Shown here piece by piece: positions 1-13,719 of a stretch of 64,000 nucleotides of DNA. The DNA is from Eledone cirrhosa (lineage: Eukaryota): the NCBI GenBank assembly GCA_964016885.1, contig OZ024741.1, forward strand, positions 141,360,001 to 141,424,000. The letters are read 5' to 3'. Position 1 is the stretch's first letter; each line of letters opens with the position of its first letter. The position numbers and the translations under genes were made by a program. The notes beneath the pieces are model-generated. The model was not told the DNA's origin and ran no database searches. It worked only from the letters and a program-made list of their open reading frames with translations.

Positions 1-64
1 GATGAAATCGAAAATGCAACTGGAGTCTTATTTTTTTTTAAAATATATATATATTTATTTGGTT

Positions 65-102
65 CCTTTACCGGTTTCGCAGTTCTTCTGCTTTTCAAAA
101 GG
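65..102 (-). ncRNA. Minimal type I hammerhead ribozyme, U3-A8 core variant
   Basis: Minus strand reads CCUU-UUGAAAA-GCAG(aagaa)CUGC-GAAA-CCGG-UA-AAGG: stem I, core, stem II, palindromic stem III, GUA cleavage triplet; sense to the PLE. Confidence 0.8.
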
Positions 103-606
103 TGAGTTGAGATGGAGGGTCTGTGGATTTTCTCACATCTGGTTGGTCTCTGAATGTTACTTGTTTTATATGGAAAAAGTGGCTCGAAATGCCAGGTTTT
201 TCGAGAAGTAATTTGATTGGTTTGTCAATAATTAATATAAATTTCACGCCAGTTCGCGTTACAATAGTTCTTCAAATAAGAGAGGGGGTTTGTCACAGGT
301 TGTTTTTACATATATGAGTGTTTGAATTTCTTTTTACTTGAAAAAAGGAGGCTCACGAAGGCTTTTTTTGGTTGGTTATAAATGAAATTTGGCTGTCACG
401 TGAACAAGTTTGCATTACATTTTTGTGCCCTTATTTGGAAAACTATTCTGTAGTCTTTATAGTGAATGTTATGACAATGGAGAGATAGTGGTCAAGAGAA
501 AAGGGATTGGGAGAATTGTTCTAGTTCAGTGAATATGGCCAGCTCGCCGGGGTGTCAGAGTTCAGATTTTCTATTGAAGTGAAGATATGTATGTTTATTT
601 GTGTGC

Positions 607-649
<43 letters not shown>

Positions 650-1127
650 TATTGGAAGATGATTCTATTAGTAGAGATGGGGGAGGGAGTTGTGTGTGTG
701 TGTATATGGGTGTTATGTGTGTGTGTGCGAGTATGTTAAGATGGAGAGAATATATATTTTGTGTGTGTGTATATATATATGTGTGTAGGAAAGTGGTTCT
801 ATTAGTAGAAATGGGGAGGGAGTTGTAGGTGTGGGGGTTGTTATGTGTGTGTATGGGTGTTATGTGTGTGGGAGTATGGTTAGCATGTTAAGATGAAGAG
901 AATATATATATATATTGTGTGTGTGTGTATGTGTGTGTGTAGGAAAATGATTCCTTTAGTAGGAATATTTTTGAATGAACATATTTTCCTGACTTTTTCG
1001 TGTTTGCTGTTGTATTGCCAGTGCAAACGTATGTTTAAGGTTTATTTAGTTCGGGTTTTTATTTTCTAAAGTAGAAGGTGTTATGTGTGTGTGTGTATGT
1101 CATATTGTGGTGTTGACATAATGTATA

Positions 1128-2960
1128 TTAAACCTTATTTAATGTTGGTCTATATTTTTGAATAAACATATTTTCCTTATTTATTCGCATTTGTTCTGTT
1201 GTATTGTTAGCGCAAAGGTAAAATGGGAAGACTTGGAATTTGGGTGTCTTATTACTTGCGCAAATGTCTAGATGTGCACTTAGTGGTATCTGTCTCGTGG
1301 TTGGATCTCGTAATTGTTGGCGATGAACTGTCATTCTGTTTCTGAGTGTGAGTTTAGTTTGTCCTATATAATCTTCATTGCATCATTTACATTTAATGGC
1401 ATAAATTAGATTTTTTGATGAGCAAGTGAAGTGATTTTTTACAGTAAAATTTTGTCCTGATTTAAATGTATACGTGTTGCCTTCAATGAGGTGAGTGCAG
1501 GTTCCACAATTAGAGCGACCACATTTTTTGATACTTGGTTGTGGGTTTGTGGTAGGTAATTTGGCATTGGTGAGTAATGTTTTCAGTGATTTTGGTTGTC
1601 TTTTGCTTTTGATTATTTTGTGTGTTTCAAGGGCTTTTTTCATTCTTGGGTTTTGTTTTAGTAGTGGGATGTTATTGTGAATAGTGTTGTAAGCTTCCGC
1701 ATTTCTTGGGTTGTGTGTTGAGATATATGATAGAATATTGGACGTACCTTGATTTTGTTTCTGTTTCCGTAATTCATCAATGCCTATTGCTTTAGCCCTT
1801 TCTATTCCATTATTTATTAGTAATAGTGGGTACTCTCTCTCGAGTAGAATTTCCTTTAATTCTTGAAGTCTTTTATTTCGCGTTTCATAATTGGAGACAA
1901 TTGTGCAAATTCTTCTTGCTAGGTTAAAAGGAATGTTCGTCTTCGTGTACTTTGGATGGTTGGAGGTGAAGAGCAGATATTGTTTGGAATCTGTTGGTTT
2001 TTAGTGTATGTCAGTTTCGATATTTGTGTCTTTTTTTATGATTAAGATGTCCAGAAATGGGAGTTGATCTTGGCTGTATTCCATTGCGAATTGGATGTGG
2101 TTATTGATGCCGTTTATTAAGTTTTTGAAATCCTTCAGTTGGTCGAGTGTGTGGGACCAAAGAATGATGCAATCATCCAAGTAGCGTTTCCAATTCTCTG
2201 ATAAATATTTGTGGAAGTTCAATCCGTATTTTGATTTGGACTGTTCATATGTCTGGACTTCTAAGTATGCCATGACTAAGTTGGCATAAGTTGGAGCGGC
2301 TTTTGTACCCATCGCAGTCCCCGATATTTGCTTGTAAGTATTGCCATCGAAATCAAAAAAGTTGTTCTGTAGGATGAATTTTAATCCCTCGGTGATGAAG
2401 CTTTTTTCTATTCTGTCAGGTATCTCATTGGGATATTTCTCTAGCCAGAATCCTATTGCTTCTAGTCCGTATTGGTGTGGGATCGTTGTGTAGAGATTCA
2501 CTACATCGAAAGACACAATAATAGTGTCGTTGTTGACATGTTTGGGGAGGTGGTTTAAGAGGTCCAGATCGTCTCTTACAAGGCTTGGTATGTGTTTCAG
2601 TATTGTTTTCAGTAGTATGTCTATAAAGTTGCTCAATCTGTGTGTTTCACATTGTGGGCCCGCTACAATTGGTCTTAATTTAAGGTCTGTGGGGTATTGT
2701 GTGTTCACGCAGGCTGAGGTGGATTGTTTACAGGCATCGTTGATTATTTTACATTTGTGGATCTTCGGAAGTCCGTAAAGGTTGCTGGTTTTGTATTCAA
2801 AATTTGTTAAATAATCGCGTTCCTTTTTAGTTGGTCTTCCTGGTATCGATAAATCAGTGTGTTTAATTTGGTCATTATTTTTGATTGGTGGTAGATTTTT
2901 ACTCTTTCATAGTAATTAGTATTTTGTAAGAGAGAGAACATATAATTTTTATATTTTTCA
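1128..2960 (-). pseudogene. Disrupted PLE polyprotein (reverse transcriptase + GIY-YIG endonuclease)
   Basis: ORF pieces 2001-2708, 1383-1643 (CGRSNCGTC...FTCSSKNLIYAIKC) and 1128-1334 (HRQQ...EH-like, PTLN); in-frame stops at ~2001 and ~1383, frameshift near 2810. Confidence 0.9.
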
Positions 2961-3063
2961 TATATATATAATGCATATATGTATATGTATTTATATATGT
3001 ATATGCATTTATATATGTATATGTATATATGTATATGTATATATGTATATGTATTTATATATT

Positions 3064-3162
<99 letters not shown>

Positions 3163-3276
3163 ATATGTATATGTATTTATAGATATATATATATGTATAT
3201 GTATTTATATATGTATATAGATATGTATATATATATATATTTATATGTATTTATGTACATGTATATATATGTAAAA

Positions 3277-3508
3277 TTCACTTGGTAAGCTATATAGTAC
3301 ACTAGATTAACCCTTTACTTCCCTCTGAAGAAGAGAAATTATCTCGAAATAAAGGATATTCAAATAAATTTAAGGACTAATTGTCAGCGATATCTTTCGC
3401 ATTTGTATTTATATTCTATATCCATACCTCCATTGTTCTGGCCTTCTAACTCCAAACATTTATACCTCACTACGCAATGCTTCAAGTAAACTACACTTTC
3501 GTTCATAT
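3277..3508 (+). repeat. Interspersed repeat with degenerate HHR-like motif (3322-3355); relatives at 23655-23890 and 24195-24308
   Basis: Direct sequence similarity of the three segments; CCU-CUGAAGA-A-GAGA(aauua)UCUC-GAAA-UAA-AGG; flanked by (TA)n. Confidence 0.65.
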
Positions 3509-3537
3509 ATATATATATATGTGTGTGTGTGAGTGTG

Positions 3538-3576
<39 letters not shown>

Positions 3577-3687
3577 CATATATATACAATATATATATAT
3601 ATTTGGTCCATCAGGTTATCACCACACCTTTCTTATATATATATGTGCATATATATATATATATGTGCATATATATATAAATATATA

Positions 3688-3740
<53 letters not shown>

Positions 3741-3742
<2 letters not shown>

Positions 3743-3876
3743 AAAAAGAGATGAAATCGAAAATGCAACTGGAGTCTTATTTTTTTTTTAAATATATATA
3801 TTTATTTGGTTCCTTTACCGGTTTCGCAGTTCTTCTGCTTTTCAAAAGGGGAGTTGAGATGGAGGGTCTGTGGTTT
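3741..3876 (-). repeat. Solo pseudo-LTR of the Neptune-like PLE containing U3-A8 HHR (3812-3849)
   Basis: Near-identical to positions 1-126, embedded in (TA)n. Confidence 0.85.
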
Positions 3877-3929
3877 ATGTGCATATATATATATAAATAT
3901 ATATATATATGCATATATATATATATTTA

Positions 3930-4580
<651 letters not shown>

Positions 4581-4865
4581 ACATTTCATGACTTTACGTA
4601 TGTGTCTATCATAATAATCACTCAAAAACACATACTGTCTGACTCTATAACAAACTATCACGTACATGCATATAAACATATATATATATGTTGTGGTTTC
4701 GATTCCTGTCTCAGGTGGTGTTTTGGAGTAAAACATTTCGTCCCACCTTATGAGGTATATATATATACAGTATATATATATATATATTTGTGCGTGTGCA
4801 TATATAGTGGGAATTTGTATACAATACAAATATATGCATAGATTAACCTTCTCTGTCACTCACTC

Positions 4866-4869
4866 TCTT

Positions 4870-4939
<70 letters not shown>

Positions 4940-4976
4940 CCCCCTCCCTCTCTCTCTCTCTCTCTCTCGCTCTCTC
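4866..4976. repeat. (CT)n microsatellite
   Basis: Direct reading. Confidence 0.95.
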
Positions 4977-5792
4977 ATATATATATAATAATCATTTAGC
5001 AAATCTCAACGGTAATCACGCTAACGTTATTGTATTATCGTGTGTTATCCCTAACGTAACATGGAAGTTACAATGCCATCCGTTGGCATCGTGACAGCAA
5101 ACTGTTAACAAATATAAACACCACTACTTTGCAATTATAAATGTGATAATACTAATGTGAAACCACTATGAACATATAATGCTAACTGAAGAAAAGATTA
5201 GATTGTAATGAATGAAACGAAGGAAGGAAAAGAAAATCTTTGAAATAATGAGGTAAAACCAAAATGAATGCAGGTTTCTATTATATTGTCTTCATTTTTG
5301 TTTTGAAGATATGTCAATAGATATGATGATTATATGGTTATATATACGTAGATATATCTATGATACACCAAAAAACAAATATAGCGATACAACATAGACA
5401 AAAGAGAATGGAAATATTGAAAACAAAAGATGAATTGTGATTTAGACGTTCCTTAAATATAGAATAATGATTCTTTTGTTAAGATTTCAAACAAAGTATC
5501 TAAAATATCAGAAACAAGTAAATACAAGTACTTAATCATGCATCATTATATGGTCGCTTGATTTACCAAGATTTTCACTAAGTAAACCATTGTTTATATG
5601 CTGATATCATTTCGTTTTTTAATTAATCGGTTTAATCAGTTTATAATTCAATAAATGTGATCTTTCATAAGGCCATATCAACAATATCCTGTAAAAGCTA
5701 TATTGAAAATTGTCGAACTAAAATTATTTCATGCTAAAAATTAGGTTATTTGGACACGATATCAGATTTCAAGTTTGTAAAAGTATCAATTA

Positions 5793-6473
5793 CGAAGGAA
5801 AGTAAAAAATTATGTCTACTCTTGTTTTTTTCAATTTATTTACACAAAAGCAGGGGTTAAAAAATGTACGTCATTTTTCTACATGGTCTCCTTCCTTTTC
5901 AACGCACTTGGTCTAGAGGTACACAAACTTGCGTATTCCCTCCAAGAAGCTTTTCGGTTGGTCACGCAACCATTTATGCACTGTTTCCTTGCACAGACTT
6001 GATGGCAATCGAGCTCATCGTAGATGATTTGATAGGCAGAACCGTAACTAATCTGCTAACCTATTGATGATAACTCGCCGGTTCACCATTACCATCTCTT
6101 GAGCTTGCTGAATCTTCTCGTCGGTGGTGGAAGCTGATGGACGCCCTGCCCCTTCTTCGTTCGCCACGTTTGTACTGCCACTTTTAAACTACTCATACAC
6201 ACTTTTACACAGTAGTGCACTGTCACCGTACTGTGTTAAAAGCCTCTGAGAAACTGGATCACTGCTTTGTGTTCCACATTGGTACACACTGCTAACTAAC
6301 GGAGCGGCCATGATTACACAGTAACAGGAGCAAGAAAACTGGCGCGATCAAGCTCAAACGTCGATCACGTGACCATAATAGTACCAACTATAAGCACACA
6401 TGAGCAGAAGATAGTGTGACAAACCTAAAGATATGTTATGGTCATAGTGCGGATAATTTTTTCCTTACCCTCG
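5793..6473 (-). mobile_element. Internally deleted mariner (Tc1/mariner) DNA transposon
   Basis: ~28 bp imperfect TIRs (CGAAGGAAAGTAAAAAATTAT.. / ..ATAATTTTTTCCTTACCCTCG) flanked by TA; minus-strand remnants MAAPL..CTNVEHKAVIQFL, EEGAGRPSAST and KCVEKEGDHVEK*. Confidence 0.8.
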
Positions 6474-7429
6474 TAAATATTAGTTTTTTTTATTGGTTTT
6501 CAGTATCCTTATTTAACTATGTATAATATAACGTAGCCTGTCGTTAAATCAGACCAAAGAAACTATGTCCATTGTTCTTTCCACTGCTAGTACTATCTGA
6601 CGGTTGCAGCCCCTGGCAGAATCGTTACTACCTTTGCCTTTACATAAAGCGGGATTTCACGTCAGACCGCTAATGACAAACCACATCTTTGACAAACCAA
6701 CGAAGGTTTTTCAGCGGAGATAGTTGGATCGATGGAGTGCTGTGCTTTTAACATCTTTGTTATGGCAGGGATGTGTTTTAGCAATCATTTCATGTAATAT
6801 TAACTATGTCAGTGCGCTACAAAATAAGAATGAAAAAGGAAACGAACCGATCGTCATATCGGACCAAAGAAACAATGATTTCATTGGTCTTTCCATTTCT
6901 AAGATTATCTGTATACTTAGATACAACTATTTTTGCATCAACAAAATTAAATTTAGTCAAATAATGTAGACATAAAAGAATCGAAAAGTTCAGAACAAAG
7001 ACGAATTAAAATACTATCTGAAATAAAGAATAATGAATCTTTTGTTAACGTTTCAAAATTCTCAGTGGGATTTCAGGCCTCTCTCTTGCCAGCTACGCCT
7101 TGCAACTATTGCGTTTGTCTTTAATCTTTTTTATAGTCTTGATTATGTTGATTTAGTTCAGGTTCTACTTGTAGAATTGACATGGGAACCCGGTTATCTA
7201 ATCTAAATGTTTACTAGTATAGTTAGGATATTTTTTGTTCAATGTTATCTTACGAATGTCTTCCGTTTTTTAATTAGTAATTGTTTCTGTTATGTATAAT
7301 TCATTTGCTATTTGAAATATTTCCCACATTTCGAGGCCACAGTTTTAACACTCCAACCACTACTATGTTGTGTGTGTGTATCTGTACATGTGTGTGTGAT
7401 CCTAGTGCATGAAAGGTGCATGTTTGATG

Positions 7430-7925
7430 ATTAGTGTGCTAGACTCACGATCATCAGTTCATGAGTATGATTCGGGAAGTGGGTGGCACAGTATGTTCTT
7501 TAGTTCACGTTGCTCCAGTCTACTCGGTAAAAATTAGTTCCGACGAAACTAGTTCCAAGATTAACCCCAGACATGTGACTGGTACGATTGATGCATACAT
7601 TTATTGACCCCCGGATGGATGAAAAATAAACCTGAACTCGGTGGGATTTGATCACAAAACGTAAAGATCCGGAACAATTGCCACAAAACATATTGTCCGA
7701 CGCTCTAACGGTTCTACCAATCCATCGTCTTAATCGCTGTAAAATATTTGTTTCCAATTTAGACAGTTTGGAGGGAAGGGAAAGTCGTTTATATCGAACC
7801 CGGTACCTTAACAAACACCGGAATGAGGAACTGCATATTTTGCCTCAGCAGAATTTGAATTCAGAAATAAAAAGCAGGAACAATTTTGTTCGACGTCGTC
7901 CAAGAGATTCAGCCAATCCACTGCT
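7430..7925. mobile_element. Cluster of degenerate tRNA-derived SINEs
   Basis: Similar to the SINE copies at 26.9, 48.7, 49-50.3 and 54.3 kb; A/B-box-like motifs. Confidence 0.55.
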
Positions 7926-8489
7926 CTAATATTTACATACATTACATACTGACATACAACATACTGTCATTATACATGCATACATAGTTTAGATGTAAAT
8001 ATTACAATCTTAATGTTGTGGATTTGACTCCTGTCTAGGGCGTTGTGTTGTGTTTTGGATCAAAATATTTCGTCCCACCTTATGAGGTGTAGTACATTAC
8101 CAGTGATATATGTGCATACTTGCTAACTACACCTCATAATTCCATGAGCAGCTGAGGAAGTCACCTGGGGACTATCAATGATTTAATTAGTGCATAACCA
8201 TGCCATTGAAATATATATTATGCAATAAAACAATCATGTGAAATAACTCTCTCTCAACATTTCTTGAATGGAAACACAGTCACACCTAATCACCAACATT
8301 TCGTTGGGGATACACTACCGACGTCAAGTAGTTTTGGATTGCTTAAACCGGTTTATCCTAGCGGCGTTTCAACGTAGCCTCTACGGATAAACACCCTTAT
8401 TATCCGCGTTACACATATACATATATATATAATAGAAACAAGTAGGAAGTTTCTTTTACATATGAAAAATATTTATTGCGTATCGACCG

Positions 8490-8573
8490 GTAACGCGCGT
8501 TTGGCAGAGGATTGGCTCAAGGTGACCCATAGGAGTTAAGAACCCGACTCCAGTATCGATCTACTCCTCAGAC
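8490..8573 (-). ncRNA. Degenerate hammerhead-like motif
   Basis: CUGAGGA-GUAGA...UCUGC-CAAAC-GCGC-GUU; G12 mutated and stem I weak. Confidence 0.4.
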
Positions 8574-8585
8574 GTACTAGCTTCA

Positions 8586-8664
<79 letters not shown>

Positions 8665-8973
8665 CATTTATGTTATGTATGCGATTTACCAATGGGCAGA
8701 ACAGATCATTCCGGCTAGTAACTCATGATGTAATAAATTAAAGCACTCAACGTTAAGCAAATCATACATTGTAAATGTGGTATCCGTGGTTAGTGCAGGA
8801 ACGGTGTTAAATATTCATTTAAAAACAACAGAATGATGAACTGTAAATATTCTTTCAAAATGTTAATGTTGCAAAAAACACAATACTTATTTCAATGATC
8901 TCATGCAATTGAAATACGTATAGTGTTTTTGCAACATTTTAAAATTTAAAATAATATTTCCTGTCCGGCCTTC

Positions 8974-9042
<69 letters not shown>

Positions 9043-9083
9043 CCAAACATAAGTCAATTGCATGAACTCCTAATCCTTTATTT

Positions 9084-9139
9084 ACTGCTATATCTATTTC
9101 GATGATAGCCATTGAATGGCTATGACCTCATCAGGCAGT
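9084..9139 (-). ncRNA. Type I hammerhead ribozyme
   Basis: ACUGC-CUGAUGA-GGUcAUAGCCAU(uca)AUGGCUAUcAUC-GAAA-UAGAUA-UA-GCAGU. Confidence 0.8.
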
Positions 9140-9202
9140 TAGTCAGTTCTTAGATATGCCAGCTCCGTGTTTATGGTGTTGATGGTATCAGAGCCTTGGG
9201 AC

Positions 9203-9357
<155 letters not shown>

Positions 9358-9362
9358 TTATA

Positions 9363-9419
<57 letters not shown>

Positions 9420-9430
9420 GTATATATATG

Positions 9431-9463
<33 letters not shown>

Positions 9464-9471
9464 GTATATAT

Positions 9472-9556
9472 ATATACATACCTACACATATATATGCTGT
9501 CTTCAGAAACAATCATTATTTCTGAAGACAGCATATATATGTGTAGGTATGTATAT
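9472..9556. repeat. Perfect 38-bp inverted repeat with 9-nt spacer (fold-back 5' end of HHR element)
   Basis: 9472-9509 is the reverse complement of 9519-9556. Confidence 0.92.
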
Positions 9557-9650
9557 TCCCTCTGATAGTTTGTAAAACTTTTACATAGATCCATATGATA
9601 TACATACCACCACACACATATATATCCTAGAAACGATCGTAAAATGATGA
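9513..9650 (+). ncRNA. Hammerhead ribozyme with ~100-nt stem II domain
   Basis: 9-bp stem I UCAUUAUUU/AAAUGAUGA, CUGAAGA (9522-9528), long stem II (AUAUAUAUGUGU..GGUAUGUAUA / UAUACAUACC..ACACAUAUAUAU, base partly mismatched), GAAAC-GAUC-GUA. Confidence 0.72.
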
Positions 9651-9832
9651 ATTTTTTTATTATAAGGAACTATTTCTTTGTTTTTATTCATTATTTTTAT
9701 TAATTTATCTTGACTGTTTTCCTGTGTTTTTCATCGAAAAATGTTGAATACATCTTCTCTTTTCATGATATTTGGATTACATTGAGTTCTTCATACGGAT
9801 TGGACACTAGCGTATATTTTGGTAGATTTATC

Positions 9833-9908
<76 letters not shown>

Positions 9909-9929
9909 TATATATATATATGCCACCTT

Positions 9930-10330
9930 GGTGGCAACCCCACCAAGGTTTTCTTGGTGAGGAGGGTGGCTTTGGACATCCTGCAGAACTAAAAACAAAA
10001 CCTGTCAAAGGGCAAAGCAGCTCTTAAGAGTCAATGGCCATCCAAAATCACCGGGAGAGATGACCCCTTAACCTTTGTCAAGGCAGAATTCTAGGAGAAG
10101 GAAATCTCTGATATAACACCTGCAACTCTGATGGTATCCAATTATGTCGACTTGTTCTTTTTGGTAAATATCATCTTGGTTAAGAGAGTGGGGCTGGCTT
10201 TTTGCAGTGCTTTGCTCACTATAAAAGCTTCACGGCACAGGCATTGCTTTATATCTGGAGATGTCTCTGCACTTTTCGTCACATGGTACCATGGGCCCAG
10301 CATTATGTGTCAATAATTGTCACAAGTGTA
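9930..10330 (+). mobile_element. Interspersed repeat, probable RTE-like LINE 5' region; near-identical copy at 40116-40730, diverged copy at 29060-29191 (-)
   Basis: Direct alignment by eye; the 29 kb copy is fused to an RTE-type C-terminal coding remnant. Confidence 0.65.
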
Positions 10331-10455
10331 ATTAAAAATTGCATATATATATAAAAAATGACTTAATGGGACACGGGTATACAATACCTAACTCCTATTA
10401 ACCTAAGTATATATATGTATATATATATATATATGTATATGTATATATGTATATA

Positions 10456-10489
<34 letters not shown>

Positions 10490-10576
10490 CGTATATATAT
10501 AGAGAGAGAGAGCTGAAGGAGACCATCACTAAGTTATTAATGTCGATGTAATTTTTATATCGATATTATTTGGGCA

Positions 10577-10677
10577 TCCACTGATGAGTTTATAAGAGCC
10601 CGCTTGTGTATAAGACTATTGATTATATACAAGTTTCTACATAACCTAGAAATCTTATAACGAAACGATCGTCTAGA
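10577..10677 (+). ncRNA. Hammerhead ribozyme with branched stem II
   Basis: CUGAUGA (10581-10587), GUUUAUAAGA/UCUUAUAAC closing two sub-hairpins, GAAAC-GAUC-GUC; stem I UCCA/UAGA has one mismatch. Confidence 0.72.
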
Positions 10678-10854
10678 AGGAAAGAGATATGTATTTAATT
10701 ATGTCTCATATAAAATAATACAAACAGCTATCCACGAAATACTGATTAGTGAGCACCCCAAACACTAAATTGGGAGAATACTTAGGTATATGCTAATGTT
10801 TGTTTAGTGAGATGGAGATTGTCAGAGTATCGCTTAAGGCTTTCTCTGTTAATC

Positions 10855-10912
<58 letters not shown>

Positions 10913-11314
10913 ATGTTTGTGGCTGCATCTAACGAAGATGGGTTATTAAACTGTAAATAACTGATTGTTATATTTTAAGAAGCAACTATCTGTTAAAGCT
11001 GAGAAATCATCTGAGTTTTGTGATGAGGCAAAGTTCAATACTAAAATCAATCAAGTGTCAACATTGCTTTAATCTCACTACATAAAATTGTTGATTTAAC
11101 GTCAGAATTTAACGGCAAAATTTTGTTAAGGAATTATAATCTAATGTTGATTCAACGTGGCAATTCAAAGTTCATTTAGTTTGTATATCGTATTTGAAAG
11201 ACTAGCTGATTCGTGTTTTGGACTTCCCAACCGTATGTCAAAAGAATCTATACACAATATTATATATACTTATATATATATGCACATTTATGACGATATG
11301 TATACACACATTTG

Positions 11315-11388
<74 letters not shown>

Positions 11389-11509
11389 GGAGGTGAGTTT
11401 TATTGTAGTACAATAAAGCAATGCAGATATCGGATAAGAAGCACTCTACAGTTTGTGGGACTGGAGTATGCATAATATAAGATCAAAAGATGGTTAAAGG
11501 AGTTCCATA

Positions 11510-11580
11510 TATTTTATTATGCGCATTTCAAAAACAAACATCATCAAGCAATAATATTTGTGTTTTCATCAGATAAAACA
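11510..11580 (-). ncRNA. Type I hammerhead ribozyme (left arm)
   Basis: UGUUUUAU-CUGAUGA-16-bp stem II-GAAA-UGCGCA-UA-AUAAAAUA. Confidence 0.85.
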
Positions 11581-11923
11581 GGAGAACATGATATGAAGGC
11601 TAAAAAAACACTTGTTGATAGTGCAGTTTTAAATCAACATATGAAAAGTGGTTTTAGATTGATGTGTGATATTGGGAAAAATATTTTATTTAGAGAGGGG
11701 GGGGAAGGATGAAAAGGGAAGGAGATGAGAGGGAGAGATGGGTGATAGAGAGAAAGAGATAGTTTTTATAACTGAGAGGAGATATATTTTTTACATAGAG
11801 GGGTTGAAAACCGTTGGAAGATACTGTATAAATTAAAAATTTTAAAAATTAACGAAGGGAGGATATGTGCGAGGAAAAAATATTTTATTTAGGGAGGGGG
11901 GGGGTGGAAAGGATGAAAAAAAA

Positions 11924-12575
11924 TATTGAATTTCATAATAACAGTAATAGTACTCCCGACGTCATTGTAAACCCTAGGCTAACTTCTGTAAACCCAAATA
12001 CAACGTCAAACACAACTTCGCTAAATGTTCATAATCCAACTCTAAATCAAGAAACTATTATTCCTGTTATTCCTATCGCAAACAACTTCTCCAATCCAAT
12101 TCCTTCTATAGATAACACTAGATCACTCATTAATAATCTCTCTAATTGCAACTGCCGCATTAAAAATAAATGTCCTCTCAACAACCATTGCCTCGATAAA
12201 AACTTAATTTATGAATGTAAAATTATAACTAGCACCAATTCCTTCACCTATTTTGGCTCCACTTCCACCTCTTTTAAAGCTCGTCTCTATAATCATCATT
12301 CATCTTTCAAATACAAACTTAAAAGAACTAACACTGCTCTCTCAGAACTCATATGGTCCTTAAAAGACAAAAACATTAAATATAACATCTTTTGGAAAAA
12401 GATTTCTTCTGCATCCTCATACTTGAACAGCTCTCTATCTAAAATCTGTAATCTCTGCCTAAATGAAAAATTTACCATTATCTCTAACCTCGAATCTATA
12501 ATAAATAGACGCTCAGATTTGTTTTCTATCTGCCTGCATAAATTCCATAGAACTTTTCACAAAGTATACAGTTAA
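11924..12575 (+). CDS. PLE C-terminal linker + GIY-YIG endonuclease (5'-truncated; track start 11865 lies in the inverted arm)
   Basis: CNCRIKNKCPLNNHCL..LIYECKI..YFGSTSTSFKARLYNH..TALSELIWSLK..CNLCLNEK..INRR..CLH. Confidence 0.85.
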
Positions 12576-13560
12576 TATTCAATTCTTTATCAATTTAGAA
12601 TCTTTTCTCAAAGGCACATATACATACACCTCTTTAAAATATACCCATCTACCTTACTTTAAAGGGCATTATACACTCTATAATACTCGTTTACTCATTA
12701 CCCTCATTCTATCTTCTCGTAAAATAATAACATTTGTTTTTGACATTTTGAATATTCATCCGCAATCATTATTATTTTTTCTCTCTATCATAAATCTTTT
12801 TAATCTCAATTTCATCCTTAATTTATTATTATTTTTTTCTCCCCATCAACGAACTCATTATTAATACATATCAATTCAATATACAAACTTTAACTTCACA
12901 TTATTTTTCTCAAATCCTTCTACACACAAACCTTAACAACTTTTCTCTTCGCTAATTTTGAAATTGCCACAATACATACATTTCTTCTTTTGACGTTAGA
13001 ATATTCACCCACAATTATTATTTTTTTCTCTCTATCTTCATACATAATTTCCCTTCGTTAATTTTCAAATTCCTTTAATTTATACATTATCTTCCAACGG
13101 TTCCCAACCTCTCTATATTAAAACAATATATCTTTTTCTCAGTTATAAAAACTATCTCTTTTTCTCTATCACCCATCTCTCCATCTCCACCTTCACTCTC
13201 ATCTCCTCTCCCCTTTTTTTTTCATCCTTTCCACCCCACCCCCTCCCTAAATAAAATATTTTTTCCTCGCACATATCCTCCCTTCGTTAATTTTCAAAAT
13301 TTTTAATTTATACAGTATCTTCCAACGGTTTTCAACCCCTCTATGTAAAAAATATATCTCCTCTCAGTTATAAAAACTATCTCTTTCTCTCTATCACCCA
13401 TCTCTCCCTCTCATCTCCTTCCCTTTTCATCCTCCCCCCCCCCCTCTCTAAATAAAATATTTTTCCCAATATCACACATCAATCTAAAACCACTTTTCAT
13501 ATGTTGATTTAAAACTGCACTATCAACAAGTGTTTTTTTAGCCTTCATATCATGTTCTCC

Positions 13561-13631
13561 TGTTTTATCTGATGAAAACACAAATATTATTGCTTGATGA
13601 TGTTTGTTTTTGAAATGCGCATAATAAAATA
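13561..13631 (+). ncRNA. Type I hammerhead ribozyme (right arm)
   Basis: Same motif as 11510-11580, in the 3' UTR and sense to the GIY-YIG ORF. Confidence 0.85.
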
Positions 13632-13719
13632 TATGGAACTCCTTTAACCATCTTTTGATCTTATATATATGTGTGTGTGTGTAGGTATTTATGTGGATAT
13701 ATCTATATATATATATGAA

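Larger units (their letters stand above)
1..2965 (-). mobile_element. Penelope-like retroelement (Neptune-type), 5'-truncated, with CA-rich 3' UTR and HHR-bearing terminal repeat; 3' end runs off window
   Basis: Contiguous RT (2001-2708: LRPIV, SFDVVNLYTTIP, GTAMGTKAAPTYAN, WKRYLDD, LPFLDI), thumb, CxxxCxxC linker and GIY-YIG pieces (1128-1643) on minus strand; terminal ~130 nt recurs at 3741-3876 and 59057-59200; body ends in (TA)n at ~2965. Confidence 0.92.
11386..13666 (+). mobile_element. 5'-truncated PLE (Nematis-like, tentative) with inverted copy of its 3' end at the left terminus
   Basis: 11475-11923 is the reverse complement of 13214-13666; body encodes GIY-YIG; both arms carry an HHR; TA-rich flanks. 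Confidence 0.88.
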
